Virus record (IMG/VR): IMGVR_UViG_3300032167_000103
Coordinates: 51,473 to 71,472 of that record
Reading direction: 5' to 3' (one strand)
DNA from: an uncultured virus (IMG/VR IMGVR_UViG_3300032167_000103)
Lineage: Duplodnaviria; Heunggongvirae; Uroviricota; Caudoviricetes
DNA length: 20,000 nucleotides
In this document: piece by piece, positions 16,816 to 20,000 of the stretch
How positions within the stretch are numbered: position 1 is the first letter of the stretch
How the letters are laid out: every line of letters begins with the position of its first letter
Position numbers and translations under genes: made by a program
The notes under the pieces: generated by a model
Database searches by the model: none
What the model was told of the DNA's origin: nothing
Seen by the model: the letters and a program-made list of their open reading frames with translations, nothing else

Positions 16816-17586
16816 ATGATACAAATTAACAATGAATTGGTAAAGACATTATCATACTATTATGATGTAGCAACAATATATCTTATGAATAAATATAATA
16901 TTAATACAATTCAGATTCATGTATTTCCAGAAGCTAGGGGACATTTTTTCAATGCTATTAAAAAGAAAGGAAAAAGTATTGGATTAGATATTGAATTTAC
17001 TAAAATCCATGATCCAAATATTCCATTTTTGTTTGATAATTTTCCAGATTATATTGATGAAGAAGATCGTGAGTTAGAAGATTTAATGGATATATTTAAA
17101 AAAGATACAAGTGCAATATACAACATCGATGTTCGTAAAGAATATAAAACAAAACAATCAGGTATCTTAAACGCAACATCTCAAGGATGTTTTGAGTTAA
17201 TTAGAAAATGGAAAACAGAAAGGTTTGATAATACAGGAATTAATATCGGAATTATTGGGAGAGGAACATCTGTTGGTTATATGGATCTTGCCCATAGACT
17301 AGTGGAAAATAATGATACTCTTGTATTATGTCATTCTCATACATTAGATACAATTCAAATGGTTAGTAAATGTGATATAATTGTATCATGTCTTGATGAT
17401 GGTGATATATATCCTTTAGAAATGTTTAAAGATAAAAGTGTTATTGATATAGGATATGCATATAAAGATGCAATTCATATTGGTACCCTTACAACATCTA
17501 TTTTGGTATATAGAGCATTATCGAGTATAACTGATAAAAGATGGATTAAAGATTCTATCATGCCTTTTAAAAAGAGATACGAATAA
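16816..17586 (+). CDS. folD: Divergent FolD-like protein (methylene-THF dehydrogenase/cyclohydrolase family, 256 aa)
   Basis: NATSQGCFELI, IGIIGRGTSVG, TLVLCHSHT, CDIIVS, VIDIG and IGTLT match FolD PCTPxG, VVIGRSxxVG, TVTxCHSxT, ADIxV, VIDVG and VGPMT. The start is placed at ATG 16816 (GGAGGA RBS). Confidence 0.72.
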   Translation: MIQINNELVKTLSYYYDVATIYLMNKYNINTIQIHVFPEARGHFFNAIKKKGKSIGLDIEFTKIHDPNIPFLFDNFPDYIDEEDRELEDLMDIFKKDTSAIYNIDVRKEYKTKQSGILNATSQGCFELIRKWKTERFDNTGINIGIIGRGTSVGYMDLAHRLVENNDTLVLCHSHTLDTIQMVSKCDIIVSCLDDGDIYPLEMFKDKSVIDIGYAYKDAIHIGTLTTSILVYRALSSITDKRWIKDSIMPFKKRYE

Positions 17587-17588
17587 GA

Positions 17589-17632
17589 ATATAAAATGCA
17601 ATGGATCGTTAACGATCCATTGCATTTTATAT
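17589..17632. terminator. Bidirectional terminator, 44-bp perfect palindrome
   Basis: ATATAAAATGCAATGGATCGTT-AACGATCCATTGCATTTTATAT lies between convergent genes. Confidence 0.85.
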
Positions 17633-17647
17633 ATATATTTTTTTATT

Positions 17648-19807
17648 TTATCCTTCATATCCAGGAGGATATTGATTTACATCAATGAGTGGTCGTTCAT
17701 TTGGTTTTGGAATTTTTGTATCCATTATATTTTTATAACATTGAAGAAGTTGTGTACGCATATTCTGTAGATATGGTTTACTATGAGGAACAATATATTT
17801 CTTACTACCAACTTCAAGTAATTCAATATACCATTCAACCAATTCAATCTTAGAAATACAATATGAAGCAATCATATGTTTATCAGTTGCATCTCTAATG
17901 GATTCTGTTTCAATTGTAATATATGCTACAGTATCTGCAGGAATCTTCTTTAATTTTTTTACACCAAATTTTTCCTGTAGATATTTAACTTCAGGATTTT
18001 TCTGATTGAAACACCATTCCTTATCCAAATTTTCATGAATAAATTTATCTTCATATTTTTGGATATCTTCAGAGTATACACCTTCAAAATATTTGTTAAC
18101 TTCTTCAGGTAATGAATATAGATCTTGTAAACTTTCATTAAGGGGATCGGATGATTCTCTTATCTTTTTAATAATGTCTTCAAGATCATTGATAATACGT
18201 TTCTTTTCTTTATCAGGAGCAGCATATCTTGTATAGATATTTCTAATGAATTTAGTTACTGTATTGATATCTTCCTGAGAAATTTTAAATGTGTTCTTAT
18301 TACTCATATCAACATCATCAAAAATAAAGAGTAACTGCATAGGTAGAGTTACAATACCACTAAGTTTAGTAGTAACTACTAAGTATTTTAACTCTCTATT
18401 CAATTTCATTACTTCATTCATGATCTTTGTAGAATAAATTTCTACTCCTGAATCATAATATTTTATTAGTGCTTTAAAGAAGTTGAAAGCATCATCAGGA
18501 TTCTTCATTGTATGGAAGATACGAGGAGACATTTTAATATGAATCTCTGGATTCTGATGTAAAAATCCATTGAGAGTTTCTCTACCGCCTACAAATCGAG
18601 ACACAAAATCTTTACCCATCTTAGGGGTTTTGATTTGTAAAGTATTAAAAGACTGATAAGAATCTAATGTGATAGAAAATTTTCTATATCCCTTCGCCCA
18701 TACAGGTAGTAAGTTTTTTGTAATAATATTTGCATAGATATTTGCAGTATACTGTGTAACTTTGTAATTCTGCTTATTATTGCAATTATTAATAATATCC
18801 TGAGATAATTGTCTTAACACTTTCTTCGCTTCAGCTTCTGACATCTCACTATTATATTCAGGCTCAGGATTATTTGATTCTAGTAGTACATTTGGAACAA
18901 GTCCTTCCATTCGGGACCATAATTTTTCTACATATACAGAATCAAGATTTAAATGGAATAGTGCAGTATCATCAGATTCTTCATATATCAATTCTTTTGT
19001 ACCATTATCTTCCATATTACATTCATTTAGAATAAGATCAATAATCTCTTCATTGATATTCTCAGACATCTCATTGACTACTTGAATAGTTCCGGAATAT
19101 GTACCATCTGAATGTCTACACAGCAAAGTATCTCCAATTTCACCATTCTCTGTAATGGAATCAGTTAATTTGGTCTTGTTTAAGATCATTTGATTAGATT
19201 CTAAAATAAACTTTTGTAATCCATATGGAAGTTCTTCCATTTCAATAAACATAATCTCATTATGATGATCCATATCATTGACGGATTCTTTTATTGGTTT
19301 TATATTCTTTATAGGTTTATCTTCAAATAGTTCCCATAATTCTTTTGCAACTTTTTGTTTAGTCCATAGATCTAAACCTTCAAAATGTTCCCCATGTTCT
19401 GATTCACAAGTAAGTTTCATGTCATACTTACGACGAACTTTACTTCTGACAGATACATGTACATTTCTAATCAATCCATGGAAGAATTCTTCATCTTCCG
19501 TATTACGATTATTAGTAACATGAGCAGTTAGTTGAATCATACAACTGTAACGTTTACCTTGTTTATAGATTCTAACTGAGCCAACTTCAGATCTGTCTGA
19601 TGGTACCGTTAGAAATTCTTCCAACATAGTTTTTGCCCACTGTTGTGTATTAAGATATTCATATTTCTTAGAATTAAACATAGTATTTGCTGTAGTAGCA
19701 ACTAACTTATGTACTTCCATAACTCTAATACGGACATCTTCCGGTAGATCACCTAGATAGACATCACGTACTTGTTTAGTAGCTTTACTGATGGCCATAT
19801 TATACAT
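17648..19807 (-). CDS. Hypothetical protein, probable virion head protein (719 aa)
   Basis: Long ORF with AAGGAGA RBS. Repeated [IL]-x-E-[SN] motifs resemble prohead protease sites. Function is an inference. Confidence 0.7.
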   Translation of the reverse strand: MYNMAISKATKQVRDVYLGDLPEDVRIRVMEVHKLVATTANTMFNSKKYEYLNTQQWAKTMLEEFLTVPSDRSEVGSVRIYKQGKRYSCMIQLTAHVTNNRNTEDEEFFHGLIRNVHVSVRSKVRRKYDMKLTCESEHGEHFEGLDLWTKQKVAKELWELFEDKPIKNIKPIKESVNDMDHHNEIMFIEMEELPYGLQKFILESNQMILNKTKLTDSITENGEIGDTLLCRHSDGTYSGTIQVVNEMSENINEEIIDLILNECNMEDNGTKELIYEESDDTALFHLNLDSVYVEKLWSRMEGLVPNVLLESNNPEPEYNSEMSEAEAKKVLRQLSQDIINNCNNKQNYKVTQYTANIYANIITKNLLPVWAKGYRKFSITLDSYQSFNTLQIKTPKMGKDFVSRFVGGRETLNGFLHQNPEIHIKMSPRIFHTMKNPDDAFNFFKALIKYYDSGVEIYSTKIMNEVMKLNRELKYLVVTTKLSGIVTLPMQLLFIFDDVDMSNKNTFKISQEDINTVTKFIRNIYTRYAAPDKEKKRIINDLEDIIKKIRESSDPLNESLQDLYSLPEEVNKYFEGVYSEDIQKYEDKFIHENLDKEWCFNQKNPEVKYLQEKFGVKKLKKIPADTVAYITIETESIRDATDKHMIASYCISKIELVEWYIELLEVGSKKYIVPHSKPYLQNMRTQLLQCYKNIMDTKIPKPNERPLIDVNQYPPGYEG

Positions 19808-19864
19808 CTCCTTACTTAAATTATTCTCTGAGTAAATTCATTATAATCTAGTCGGTTAAAATAT

Positions 19865-19899
19865 GATATAGTAGCAGGGTTAAACCCTGCTACTATATC
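19865..19899 (-). terminator. Intrinsic terminator, 17-bp perfect inverted repeat
   Basis: GATATAGTAGCAGGGTT-A-AACCCTGCTACTATATC followed by ATATTTT on the minus strand. Confidence 0.78.
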
Positions 19900-19939
19900 T
19901 GAGGAGGTATTTACATGCCAAATGTATCGTATTACATGA

Positions 19940-20000
19940 TTAGATCATGCTAGAAGCACTTGTTACCATAGTATCCCAAGGTGCACCAACTACAGGTGGA
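19940..20000 (-). CDS. C-terminal end of a gene entering from beyond the window
   Basis: Frame ...PPVVGAPWDTMVTSASSMI* ends at TAA 19940, 40 nt before a terminator. Too short to identify. Confidence 0.5.
   Translation of the reverse strand, partial: PPVVGAPWDTMVTSASSMI

Noticed and set aside
1..20000. CRISPR array, tRNA or rRNA genes
   Set aside because: No regularly spaced direct repeats or cloverleaf/rRNA signatures seen. The structured non-coding stretches are explained by the three introns and the terminators.

Overview
AT-rich segment of a phiKZ/AR9-type jumbo myophage; the strong AGGAGG ribosome-binding sites suggest a Bacillota host. The minus strand carries a large terminase, a probable stand-alone RNA polymerase beta-prime C-terminal fragment, tail sheath, tail tube, the C-terminal half of a split multisubunit RNA polymerase beta subunit, two hypothetical genes and an ABC exporter that runs off the window start. 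Three group I introns, absent from the ORF track, can be mapped to the nucleotide. Two interrupt the beta gene at its most conserved motifs (G^RHGNK and PI^RFGEYE); one is ORF-less and one has an intact HNH endonuclease in P6. The third interrupts terL (CTP^GNL) and carries a doubly frameshifted HNH gene inside the P1 loop. A divergent plus-strand operon encodes a DHH/DHHA1 nuclease, a zinc deaminase and a divergent FolD-like protein. Other patterns are a recurring ATATATT(A/C)T early-promoter-like motif (also inside introns), four long near-loopless palindromic terminators, and anti-Shine-Dalgarno elements in two 3' UTRs. All functional calls come from reading motifs by eye; no searches were run.
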